From contig NIVC01004107.1 in assembly GCA_002269645.1 (NCBI GenBank), forward strand, positions 1 to 60,537: a stretch of DNA of 60,537 bases, in the 5' to 3' direction. This DNA is from Macrostomum lignano (lineage: Eukaryota). The stretch's first letter is position 1; each line of letters starts with the position of its first letter. Positions 21,501 through 41,453 of this stretch are shown here, one piece after another. The notes below the pieces were generated by a model. That model saw nothing but the letters and a program-made list of their open reading frames with translations. It had not been told where the DNA came from and ran no database searches. The position numbers and the translations under genes are program-made.

Positions 21501-24361
21501 TTAAAACTTAAGATAGCAGTAATTTGAATACTTCTGTTAGTGCTACTGTAAGTAGCGCTGGTGAAAATTTTCATATATTATTTGTAACCAAAATATTGAT
21601 AGCTTCGTTATTAAATTATTTTTTTTCTAGATCTCATCGTAAATAATTAAGGGATGAGATCTCATGATCCCATCGATAATTAGGGGTGTATTCCATGATC
21701 CCATCGATAATTAGGGGTGAAATTACATGATCCCATAAATAATAAGAGGTGAGATTCCATGATCCCATACATATTTAGGAGTGAGATTCTATGGTCCCAT
21801 ACATAATAAGAGGTGAGACTACATTCATTACCCTATACATAATAAGGGGTGAGATTCCATGATTCCATCGATAATAAGGGGTGAGATTCTATGATCCTAT
21901 CGATAGTAAGGGGTGAGATTCCACGATCCCATCGATAATAAGGGGTGAGATTTCATGATTCAATCGATACTTAGGGGTGAGATTCCATATGGTCCCGTCG
22001 ATAATAAGGGGTGAGATTCCATGATCCCATCGATAATAAGGGGTGAGATTCCATAATCCCATCGATAATAAGGGGTGAGATTCCATGATCCCATCGATAA
22101 TAAGGGGTGAGATTCCATGATCCCATCGATAATAAGGGGTGAGATTCCACGATCTCATCGATAATAAGGGGTGAGATTCCATGATTCCATCGATAATAAG
22201 GGGTGAGATTCCACGATCTCATCGATAATAAGGGGTGAGATTACATGATCCCATCGATAATTAGGGGTGAGATTACATGATAACCTTGCATACCCGCAGA
22301 TGTGTATCAACAAGTATCAGGTAGTGGCTAGATTTTTCCTAGCACATCTGGTCGCCACCAATACCTGCGTCTGGTTGAGAACAGTACTACTCGACTCGAG
22401 TCTTCGCACCAGTGCTCAAAGTTCTTTGCTGGATAGGAATCACAGCATAGCAACCATTGATAGACACCTGTCAACTGAGACACCTCCGGCATACGATAGA
22501 AATTCGTCGTGTGCCACGGATACAGACAGTTTCATCAGGGACATGATTTGGAAGAGCGATCCGTACCTGTTTCCTGTCACTGTGCAGTACTGCGCTCTGT
22601 CTGCTGGTGAGTTCGTAGTGTAAAATTCAGACCTATGAGCGCTGACTTCACCTCCAAATCCTCAGGCCAACAAGCACTGACTTCACCTCCGAATCTTCAG
22701 GCCATGAAGTGCTGACTTCACCTCCGAATCTTCAGGCCATGAAGCACTGACTTCACCTCCAAATCCTCAGGCCATGAAGCACTGACTTCACCTCCAAATC
22801 CTCAGGCCATGAAGCACTGACTTCACCTCCGAATCTTCAGGCCATGAAGCGCTGACTTCACCTCCGAATCTTCAGGCCCATACAGCACCGACTTCACCTC
22901 CAAATCTTTAGGCCCATGAAACACTGACTTCACCTCCAAATCTTCAGGCCAAGAAGCACTGACTTCACCTCCAAATCCTCAGGCCAAGAAGCACTGACTT
23001 CACCTCCAAATCCTCAGGCCATGAAGCACTGACTTCACCTCCGAATCTTCAGGCCATGAAGCGCTGACTTCACCTCCGAATCTTCAGGCCATGAAGCGCT
23101 GACTTCACCTCCGAATCTTCAGGCCCATACAGCACCGACTTCACCTCCAAATCTTTAGGCCCATGAAACACTGACTTCACCTCCAAATCCTCAGGCCAAG
23201 AAGCACTGACTTCACCTCCAAATCCTCAGGCCAAGAAGCACTGACTTCACCTCCAAATCCTCAGGCCATGAAGCACTGACTTCACCTCCAAATCCTCAGG
23301 CCATGAAGCGCTGACTTCACCTCCAAATCCTCAGGCCATGAAGCACTGACTTCACCTCCAAATCTTGGACCCTCGGTCCTCCACCCAGTAGACTAAATCC
23401 TCTTCAAGCAGCTTCGCAATCGAATTTGCCCCTACAAATCGTTCAGTGATGTTAAGAGAGACCCCCAAACTCTTCACCCACAGCGATCCTCTGCGCCGTC
23501 TGGCAAAATGTCGGCCAACTCTGGCCACCGCGCCGTCGACAAATCCTCGGCGAAGATCTCGAAGACGACGATGACGAGAATGTCGACGACGATGATGATG
23601 AAGCAGTGGCTGCTGCAGCGGCGGCGGCGTCGGAATCCGCTGCGATGGACAGTCAGCAAAGTCCTCATCGACTCTTGTCGACGTCGCCAGCTGCAACTTA
23701 TCGACGTCAACGACGGAACACGTGCGACGGCTCGCATCGAGGCCTCTGCCTCGGCCTGGCCTCGCTCGTCTGCGCCGCTGTCGCCCTGTTGACCTCGGCG
23801 GCTCTGTGGCAACAGCCTCGGTTCCATCGGGCTGCCAGTCTGGTGTCGCACTGCAGCGAACTGGCGCTGCTCGCAGCCAGCCTAGCGGCAACTCTGGCGG
23901 CCTTTCCACGCTTGGCCGACCTGCTGTACGAAGCTTCTAAGCAGCTCAACTGGCCGCTGGATGAAGCTCTCCAGCTGCTGGGTTTCGGCGGCGGCTGCTT
24001 GTATTGGCTGGCTGGCCTGGTTCCGTCTGGGGATGCTGAGCCTGCGCCGCCGCCTCATCGAGTGCTCACCTGCCTGGCCCAGCCGGTGCAGGCCGCGGCC
24101 CAGCTCGCCCTGCTGTGCACCGCCCGGCGGCGTCGCTGCTACAAAGCTCTGCACGCCAGGGAGAAGCCGGGACGCGAACTCGTGACCTACCTGCTAGTGG
24201 CAAATATTGCACTGTTGGGATTCGCCACGGCAGAGCCGTCCAGAGGGAGTCTGTCGGTGATCGAACGCGTCGGCCTGCCGATGCACTGCCTGTATCGGTG
24301 CCACAGCGTCGCATTGCTGGCCGACCTGTGGAAAGAAATCTACAAATTCAAGGCTAGCTAG
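5983..24361 (+). CDS. OTOP: Otopetrin (OTOP) proton channel, 8 exons, 919 aa; exons 5983-6524, 6759-7033, 9750-10020, 12615-12732, 14912-15113, 19845-20011, 22300-22606, 23484-24361
   Basis: All 7 introns are GT-AG with matching phases; CDS 2760 nt. Family motifs: AFYIYLF, GGLYLRLGAIVFGIASM, FTFVQLNF, ARFFLAHLVATN, PYLFPVTVQY, CDGSHRGL, KPGRELVTYLLVAN, LYRCHS. Confidence 0.92.
6759..7033 (+). CDS. OTOP: Otopetrin exon 2 (poly-Pro region)
   Basis: CCAG acceptor, G|GTGAG donor; phases fit the neighbouring exons. Confidence 0.7.
7082..7267. repeat. Perfect 22 bp minisatellite (CCTCTGACACGGATTTTAAGGC)
   Basis: About 8.5 identical copies. Confidence 0.95.
8423..8550. repeat. 51 bp tandem repeat, ~2.5 copies
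   Basis: AAGTCATTGCAGTGACTTATTCACCTG recurs at 8423, 8474 and 8525. Confidence 0.85.
9347..9621. repeat. Minisatellite, 17 bp unit (CATACTCARAATATCCC)
   Basis: About 16 copies. Confidence 0.92.
9750..10020 (+). CDS. OTOP: Otopetrin exon 3
   Basis: TTGCAG acceptor, AA|GTGAG donor, open frame. Confidence 0.8.
10046..10460. repeat. Minisatellite, 23 bp unit (GGGTGTCTTTAGGGCGTCGATTC)
   Basis: About 17 copies. Confidence 0.93.
11010..11620. repeat. Minisatellite, 24 bp unit (TAAACTCATTGATAAACACAATAG)
   Basis: About 25 copies; source of the repetitive ORFs 10902-11633 etc. Confidence 0.95.
11922..12542. repeat. Minisatellite, 20 bp unit (CAATCCATTCTATAGATTAG)
   Basis: About 31 copies. Confidence 0.95.
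12615..12732 (+). CDS. OTOP: Otopetrin exon 4 (TM1)
   Basis: ASLANILSGIYCILLCCLGLLIP; TTTTCAG acceptor, GTGAGG donor. Confidence 0.9.
13255..13642. repeat. Minisatellite, 20 bp unit (CTTCACACAAACCTTGAAAT) with embedded (CA)n
   Basis: Degenerate tandem copies. Confidence 0.88.
14150..14820. repeat. Pyrimidine-rich minisatellite, ~14 bp unit (TACCCTCTCTCTCC)
   Basis: Source of the PTLSLL-type ORFs. Confidence 0.95.
14912..15113 (+). CDS. OTOP: Otopetrin exon 5
   Basis: AFYIYLFVTAIGFL...GGLYLRLGAI. Confidence 0.92.
15180..15860. repeat. Compound repeat (TCTAA)n-CATTAGTC
   Basis: Variable-length units. Confidence 0.9.
16297..17058. repeat. Minisatellite, ~49 bp unit (GAGAGTGACAATGAGGTGGATTGGCCAGTAGAGTGACTGAAGAATGAAG)
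   Basis: About 15 copies. Confidence 0.95.
17535..18342. repeat. Minisatellite, 34-37 bp unit (GTGAAGAGTCATTGGGTATCACAGAGTGTGACACA)
   Basis: About 23 copies. Confidence 0.95.
19303..19632. repeat. Minisatellite, 11 bp unit (CACGATAGTCA)
   Basis: Tandem copies. Confidence 0.92.
19845..20011 (+). CDS. OTOP: Otopetrin exon 6
   Basis: VFGIASM...ILFTFVQLNFLFFMN. Confidence 0.92.
20165..20650. repeat. Degenerate minisatellite, 23 bp unit (GGGTGTCTTAAGGACGTGCCATG)
   Basis: About 20 diverged copies. Confidence 0.88.
21648..22283. repeat. Minisatellite, 32 bp unit (GAGATTCCATGATCCCATCGATAATAAGGGGT)
   Basis: About 19 copies. Confidence 0.93.
22300..22606 (+). CDS. OTOP: Otopetrin exon 7
   Basis: ARFFLAHLVATNTCVWL...PYLFPVTVQYCALSA. 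Confidence 0.92.
22640..23365. repeat. Minisatellite, 35 bp unit (CTGACTTCACCTCCAAATCCTCAGGCCATGAAGCA)
   Basis: About 20 copies; fills otopetrin intron 7. Confidence 0.95.
23484..24361 (+). CDS. OTOP: Otopetrin exon 8 (C-terminal domain, TAG stop)
   Basis: AILCAVW, acidic loop, CDGSHRGL, KPGRELVTYLLVANI, LYRCHS...WKEIYK. Confidence 0.92.
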
Positions 24362-24645
24362 CGGCGATCTGGACTACTTTGTTGGTGTCAGTAGTATCTA
24401 GCGAATGTGTGTCCAAATTTACTTTGAAATGCATTACAGGAGGGAGGTTTCGGAGTTTTTTAGCACGAGACTTCCAAAACTATTGAAATTTTTTCTCATT
24501 TAGACGGCAGAGCATATTGTAATTTTGTTAGAAAGAGTACAAATGAAAGTACATTTTTCTATGATTAAAGTCGATAAAATTCAGGCAGCAACGTCAAAAC
24601 GAAGCAAAAAATATTAAACAATGGTAGTTACCAAGTTCCTCTTCA

Positions 24646-25560
24646 ATTATTGGTCATAGATTATAGATCCTCCTCGTGAATTATTGGTCATAGATTATAG
24701 ATCCTCCTCGTAAACTATAGGTCATAGATTATAGATCCTCCTCGTGAATTATTGGTCATAGATTATAGATCCTCCTCGTGAATTATTGGTCATAGATTAT
24801 AGATCCTCCTCGTGAATTATTGGTCATAGATTATAGATCATCCTCGTGAATTATTGATCATAGATTATAGATCCTCCTCGTGAATTATTGGTCATAGATT
24901 ATAAATCCTCCTCGTGAATTATTGGTCATAGATTATAGATCCTCCTCGTAAACTATAGGTCATAGCTTATAGATCAACCTCGTGAATTATCGGTCATAGA
25001 TTATAGATCCTCCTCGTGAATTATTGGTCATAGATTATAGATCATCCTCGTGAATTATTGGTCATAGATTATAGATCATCCTAGTGAATTATTGGTCATA
25101 GATTATAGATCCTCCTCGTGAATTATTGGTCATAGATTATAAATCCTCCTCGTGAATTATTGGTCATAGATTATAGATCCTCCTCGTAAACTATAGGTCA
25201 TAGCTTATAGATCAACCTCGTGAATTATCGGTCATAGATTATAGATCCTCCTCGTGAATTATTGGTCATAGATTATAGATCATCCTCGTGAATTATTGGT
25301 CATAGATTATAGATCATCCTAGTGAATTATTGGTCATAGATATAGATCCTCCTCGTGAATTATTGGTCATAGATTATAGATCCTCCTCGTGAATTATTGG
25401 TCATAGATTATAGATCATCCTCGTGAATTATTGGTCATAGATTATAGATCATCCTCGTGAATTATTGGTCATAGATTATAGATCATCCTCGTGAACTATT
25501 GGTCATAGATTATAGATCCTCCTCGTGAATTATTGGTCATAGATTGTAGATCATTCTCCT
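24646..25560. repeat. Minisatellite, 34 bp unit (ATTATTGGTCATAGATTATAGATCCTCCTCGTGA)
   Basis: About 27 copies. Confidence 0.95.
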
Positions 25561-26409
25561 GAAATATAGGTCATTGCTAGCTATTTTAGACCATCCCTAC
25601 TTTAGTTAGGCAGCTAACAATGAAGCAAATAGTTTATCACTTTTGAGGAACCTTCAATGTTAAGGAAAACTGCAGTTGACACAATAATCCTCGATCTGTG
25701 AATGGGTGTGCCGGCTGATAAGGAAAAAATTTCCTAAGGCAACTTCAAGGATTATTGGCATCATATCCAGGTGAATGGAAGGTAAGGATTAGCTAGTTAT
25801 TTGGATTATTCGGCTAGTGTTTGGGGAAGAGTTGCTTTAAGGCAAGTGGCTAAGTAAACTTTGACTTATATGGCGCTGTGATTGTACGTATTCATATTTC
25901 CTGAATTTTGTCATTTCTTTAGTGCAACTGTGGCTTGTCAGCAGCTGTATGAGAGATCATTAATGTCCTAAAAATTATTCATAACTAGCCATCTATAATG
26001 GATTTTTTCTGATATGAAATCCTTAAAATTAGCCTAGCTACTCTTTATAATTATATGCGCAATAAGTAGTTAATTACAATTTAGTTAATAAATCTGTCAA
26101 TTGCTACCTGTAAAAATATTATAGCTAAAACGGATATCTATAGATTAACAAACCGCATTTCATGTTAAGTTTCATAATTGCTTAAGCTGTGCTTTTTCTA
26201 AATTTGAATCACTAGTCAGCTTTATCCTGGCAATTTACTCGTTAATAATAGCTAGCTAACTTAAACACTGTCAGAATCTGTTACCTTTAATGTCTTAAAA
26301 GTTATAAAACAAATAAATATAGCTATATTGTGAATTGTGTATTTGTATCGATTACTAGTTTATCTGATGGAATTCAGACTTCGAACTGGCTACTGTTATA
26401 AATTATATA

Positions 26410-26707
26410 ATATAATAATAATAATCGACTACACCTGCCCATGTGCAACCGACAGCTCAGCCGCAGCTATTGCGCGGCCACATCTGAAGGCTGCGTACGG
26501 CTGTTCAGTCCAAGGACTGGGGGGTCGCCACACACAGCCTCAATTACCTCAGCTAATGCTGGCACCCATTTTACAGCTGGGTGAACTGAAGCAATGCAGA
26601 GTTGAGTGTCCTGCTCAGGGACACAAATTGTTCCAGTGGGATTCGGGAATCGAACCCCCGACCTTCAAGTCGTGAGTCCGATGCTCTGACCACTAGGCTG
26701 CAACCCC
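26410..26707 (-). mobile_element. tRNA-derived SINE, full-length copy
   Basis: Minus-strand head with A-box (GCAGCCTAGTGG) and B-box (GGTTCGATTCCC), a central TGTGTCCCTGAGCAGGACAC...CCCAGCTGTAAAATGGGT domain, an (ATT)n tail, and homology to 51224-51420. Confidence 0.85.
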
Positions 26708-26939
26708 ATCTATCTATAGCTATTTATGAATAATTGATTTAATAAGATGATTAACTCCGATCTTTTCAATCGGTTTAATTTTGATTTTTCGTGACGATAA
26801 TTATCAAGCGGAATAACATTTAATTTAGAAATTTAATTAACCTTATTTATCTGTACTCAGAATTGCTGAATTAATAAAGTATTCAGACGTTTGCAGAATT
26901 TGATGCCGAGATTTTTCTGGGACAAATATGAGTGACTGA

Positions 26940-28880
26940 CGTGATTAGAGATGATAGAGGTGATTAGAGGTGATTAGAAGTGACAGATGTGATTAGATGT
27001 TACAGATGTGATTAGAAGTGACAGATGTGATTAGATGTTACAGATGTGATTAGAAGTGACAGATGTGATTAGATGTGACACATGTGATTAGAGGTGACAG
27101 ATGTGATTAGAGGTGACGGAGGGGATTAGAGGAGACAGAGGTGATTAGAGGTGATTAGAGGTGACAGATGTGATTAGAAGTGACAGATGTGATTAGAGGT
27201 GACAGATGTGATTAGAGGTGACAGATGTGATTAGAGGTGACAGATGTGATTAGAGGTGACAGATGTGATTAGATGTGACAGAGGGGATTAGAGGAGACAG
27301 AGGTGATTAGAGGTGATTAGAGGTGACAGATGTGATTAGAAGTGACAGATGTGATTAGAGGTGACAGATGTGATTAGAGGTGACAGATGTGATTAGAGGT
27401 GACAGATGTGATTAGAGGTGACAGATGTGATTAGAGGTGACAGAGGGGATTAGAGGAGACAGAGGTGATTAGAGGTGATTAGAGGTGACAGATGTGATTA
27501 GAAGTGACAGATGTGATTAGAGGTGACAGATGTGATTAGAGGTGACAGATGTGATTAGAGGTGACAGAGGGGATTAGAGGTGACAGAGGTGATTAGAGGT
27601 GATTAGAGGTGACAGATGTGATTAGAAGTGACAGATGTGATTAGAGGTGACAGATGTGATTAGAGGTGACAGATGTGATTAGAGGTGACAGATGTGATTA
27701 GAGGTGACAGATGTGATTAGAGGTGACAGATGTGATTAGAGGTGACAGATGTGATTAGAGGTGACAGAGGGGATTAGAGGAGACAGAGGTGATTAGAGGT
27801 GATTAGAGGTGACAGATGTGATTAGAAGTGACAGATGTGATTAGAGGTGACAGATGTGATTAGAGGTGACAGATGTGATTAGAGGTGACAGAGGGGATTA
27901 GAGGTGACAGAGGTGATTAGAGGTGATTAGAGGTGACAGATGTGATTAGAAGTGACAGATGTGATTAGAGGTGACAGATGTGATTAGAGGTGACAGATGT
28001 GATTAGAGGTGACAGATGTGATTAGAGGTGACAGATGTGATTAGAGGTGACAGAGAGGATTAGAGGTGACAGAGGGGATTAGAGGTGACAGAGGTGATTA
28101 GAAGTGACAGAAGGGATTAGAGGTGACAAATGTGATTAGAGGTGACAGATGTGATTAGAGGTGACAAAAGGGATTAGAGGTGACAAATGTGATTAGAGGA
28201 GACAGAAGGGATTAGAGGTGACAAATGTGATTAGAGGTGACAGATGTGATTAGAGGTGACAGAGGGGATTAGAGGTGACAGAGGGGATTAGAGGAGACAG
28301 ATGTGATTAGAAGTGACAGAAGGGATTAGAGGTGACAAATGTGATTAGAGGTGACAGATGTGATTAGAGGTGACAGAGGGGATTAGAGGTGACAGAGGTG
28401 ATTAGAGGTGATTAGAGGTGACAGATGTGATTAGAAGTGACAGATGTGATTAGAGGTGACAGATGTGATTAGAGGTGACAGATGTGATTAGAGGTGACAG
28501 ATGTGATTAGAGAAGACAGATGTGATTAGAGGTGACAGAGGGGATTAGAGGAGACGGAGGTGATTAGAGGTGATTAGAGGTGACAGATGTGATTAGAAGT
28601 GACAGATGTGATTAAAAGTGACTGAAGGGATTAGAGGTGACAGATGTGATTAGAGGTGACATATGTGATTAGAAGTGACAGAAGGGATTAGAGGTGACAG
28701 ATGTGATTAGAAGTGACAGATGTGATTAGAAGTGACAGAAGGGATTAGAGGTGATAGATGTGATTAGAGGTGACAGATGTGATTAGAAGTGACAGAAGGG
28801 ATTAGAGGTGATCGCTAGGTGATAAGGGAGACAGAGGTGATTAGAAGTCGCAGGAGTGATTAGATGTGACAGAAGTGAGT
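26940..28880. repeat. Minisatellite, 19 bp unit (GTGATTAGAGGTGACAGAT)
   Basis: About 100 copies with higher-order structure. Confidence 0.95.
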
Positions 28881-29280
28881 TGATGGCTGTTGGCTCTGGA
28901 CACTTCTTGAGCTGCCAAAGCATTTCTATAGTAATTAGCTGACATTAGTTTCACTTATCAACAAGCGTCAATGGCCGCTATCATTAGCGGAAAAATAACT
29001 GAATTTATCAAAAATGTTTTATTTTAAAATTTTGAAGCGACAATTTATCTACGAGTATAGTATGAAATTTATCTCGCTTCGTGATACAATAATTTTACAG
29101 ACAGTATCATAAGTATTGTTCAAAATTAGTGGTTATATAATTCGATTAGGATAGAAGGTTTTGCTTTAACAATAATAGGACAAAAAGGGAAAAGATGAAT
29201 TCAGAAAAGGCGAAAAGTGCATAAATCTGCGGACACTGATAAAAAATGACTACAACTGTTAGTCCCACCCTGAATCCAAG

Positions 29281-38368
<9,088 letters not shown>

Positions 38369-38656
38369 CGACTGTCTCTCGGTGCCTCTCCTGGGGAAGA
38401 GTCAACAGTCTGACTATTTATCTTCTTTATGCGCTGCGCCGCGTATTGGCAAAGGGGGGCAGGGATTCGACTTTGGAGAGCCGAAAATCTGCGCAGCGGG
38501 GAACTGAGAGACAACTGCGAATTGGCTGCTGAGTGCGGGAGACAGAGAGATTTAGCCTGACATCCCTCATGGATCAGCATTCCCCGGGCTGATGAAGAAC
38601 AGGCTGACATCTCGGGCGTTGCTACCTGAATGCACTACCGACGGCCTGAATCTACC

Positions 38657-39052
<396 letters not shown>

Positions 39053-39871
39053 TCAATTCCAACTCCAATTCCAAATCAATGCCGACTGCATGGATTTCGG
39101 CAGTGCTCGGCCTGAAAAAATCCGCATTGCAAGGAGAGCTCAAAAAGTATGTCGTGAAAAGAGAAACTGATGCTCCTACTTGATAACAGGAGGCTAACTG
39201 GCGTGCTCAGCAATTAACTAGTTGACTTTTCCTGAGACATGCTTGGAAATTTTTCTGGATGAGACTAAGAAGGAATGATAATTGCTATTGGTTTTATTTA
39301 AAGCAAATACTTTTGCATCGAGTCTTCTGCAGGCAATTGGAGATCGTACTTTAAGCAATTGTGTTGAGAGTTGAGAGGTAGAGAGGTAAAGAGAGGTGGA
39401 GAGGAAGAGAGAGAAAGAGGGAGGGGTAGAGAGAGGGAGTGGAAGAGAGCGGGAGAAAGGGAGAGGGAGGGAGAGGGAGAAGGAGAGCGTGGGACAGAGC
39501 TAAGAGAGTTAAGAGAGTGGGAGAATGACCCAGTGTGGGAGAAGTGAAGTAAGCATGGAAAGCCGGTGTCAGTGGCTGGATGTTTCGCATAGCACACATT
39601 ATGCTCAGCAGACATTAATGCAAGTCAATGCCGCCTAATTAGTTCGTGTAGCAACTAAGGAAATCAGGAAATCGAAAGCAGCTCGAGCGGAGTTGCAAAT
39701 CGCCATCAGGCCAATTTCCGATGGGCAAATACTTCAGATTGGCTAAAAAATTAAAAGCTCTCGTACTGATAACTCTATTCATGAAACTCGGTAACTGCTT
39801 TGCACTCTTGAACGTGGCGCTGCTTTCGTAAGTCGAACTGCACTACATGTGGTATAGCTATTCAGCAAAAC

Positions 39872-40432
39872 TGTCTGTCTGCCTGTCCCTGTCTGTCTGT
39901 CTGTCCCTGTCTGTCTGTCTGTCTGCCTGTCCCTGTCTGTCTGTCCCAGCTGTCTTTCCCTTTCTGTCCCTGTCTGTCTGTCCCTGTCTGTCTGTCCCTG
40001 TCTGTCCCTGTCTGCCCTGTCTGTCCCTGTCCCTGTCTGTCCCTGTCCCTGTCTGTCCCTGTCTGTCCCTGTCTGTCCCTGTCTGTCCCTGTCTGTCCCT
40101 GTCTGTCCCTGTCTGTCCCTGTCCCTGTCTGTCCCTGTCTGTCCCTGTCTGTCCCTGTCTGTCCCTGTCTGTCCCTGTCTGTCCCTGTCTGTCCCTGTCT
40201 GTCCCTGTCTGTCCCTGTCTGTCCCTGTCTGTCCCTGTCCCTGTCTGTCCCTGTCTGTCCCTGTCTGTCCCTGTCCCTGTCTGTCCCTGTCTGTCCCTGT
40301 CTGTCCCTGTCTGTCCCTGTCCCTGTCTGTCCCTGTCTGTCCCTGTCTGTCCCTGTCTGTCCCTGTCTGTCCCTGTCTGTCCCTGTCTGTCCCTGTCTAT
40401 CCCTGTCTGTCCCTGTCTGTCCCTGCCTGTCA
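39872..40432. repeat. Compound (CTGT/CCCTGT)n repeat
   Basis: Seen directly. Confidence 0.95.
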
Positions 40433-41453
40433 CTGTCCCCAATTTCTCTCCCATTTTTAGATAACTCAAATCCCTAAGTGATGCCTCATCTCAGAGAACC
40501 ACCGGGGTTCTCCCTTGAGACCAGTCATTTCTGCGGAGAATGTCACTATTCGTAACCCTCACAAAAATATACAAGTCCACTGTCTCCATTACTCCATTTT
40601 ATTGATACGTTAAAATATTCACTAACCTGTATAATGTATTTTAGCTTGAAAATGTGTTAGTTGTGGGTTAAAATCATAAAAAATGTAGAAATTTTTAATC
40701 TTGGCTGTTGTTGCAATTCTGCAAAATTCGCCTAGCAAGTTGGTGCATTAACTCGTTAACACTCTTAGGGCTTGCTTAAATATTAACGTACCTTCAATAA
40801 AATTGGGTAGCTCTGTTCGCAGACTCCAACGAAGCAATAAAAGGGTCTAATTGATTATGCAAATAATTATTCAGCCAGTAATTGCGCTCTTTATATCTTT
40901 GAGTCGTTCGATTTTTCTTCTGGCCATTCAGAGGTCCGATATATGTTTTAAAGTTCAACATTTTCAAGAGCCGAAGACACATTTTCCCCCAACTGTCCAT
41001 TGGACAGCGGTCTGCAAACCAATGCCTGTAACTACAGTAAAGTGACGGCAACAGACGCCAAGTGTATTTGAGAATCTGCATGAAAAATCCTGGCCAAGAG
41101 AACTTACTAAATCAATTGGGATGTTGCTTCCGTCTCTACTGATTTCCAGCGGGTAGAACGAAAATATCTTTAGCCTTCATGCGCCAGTCTCTGGGGAATT
41201 TCAGGCCAGAAATTATTCCTCATAATATGCCTTGGCGCAAGTCTCGCCTCCAGGCTCTGGGAAGCTTTGATCGGGCAGGATGCCGCTTAGGGGCAAGGAT
41301 GCCAGCTCATCGATCCCCGATCAGGTTTTTATCCAGCTCGCACACGAGCCACAGAGCATTTATAATTTGTGTGCGATCTTCTGCGGTGCAGCCTGCCAGC
41401 ATGCGGACTGAAACTTTGCCGACTCTACTGTGTACAGATGAAGAATATTGTTA

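Noticed and set aside
23352-24357. Multiple overlapping antisense or alternative-frame ORFs over otopetrin exon 8
   Set aside because: Expected by-product of a GC-rich coding exon.
26640-26707. Possible tRNA gene
   Set aside because: A/B boxes are present but the anticodon and acceptor stems are imperfect, and the head continues into a SINE body with a second copy at 51224.
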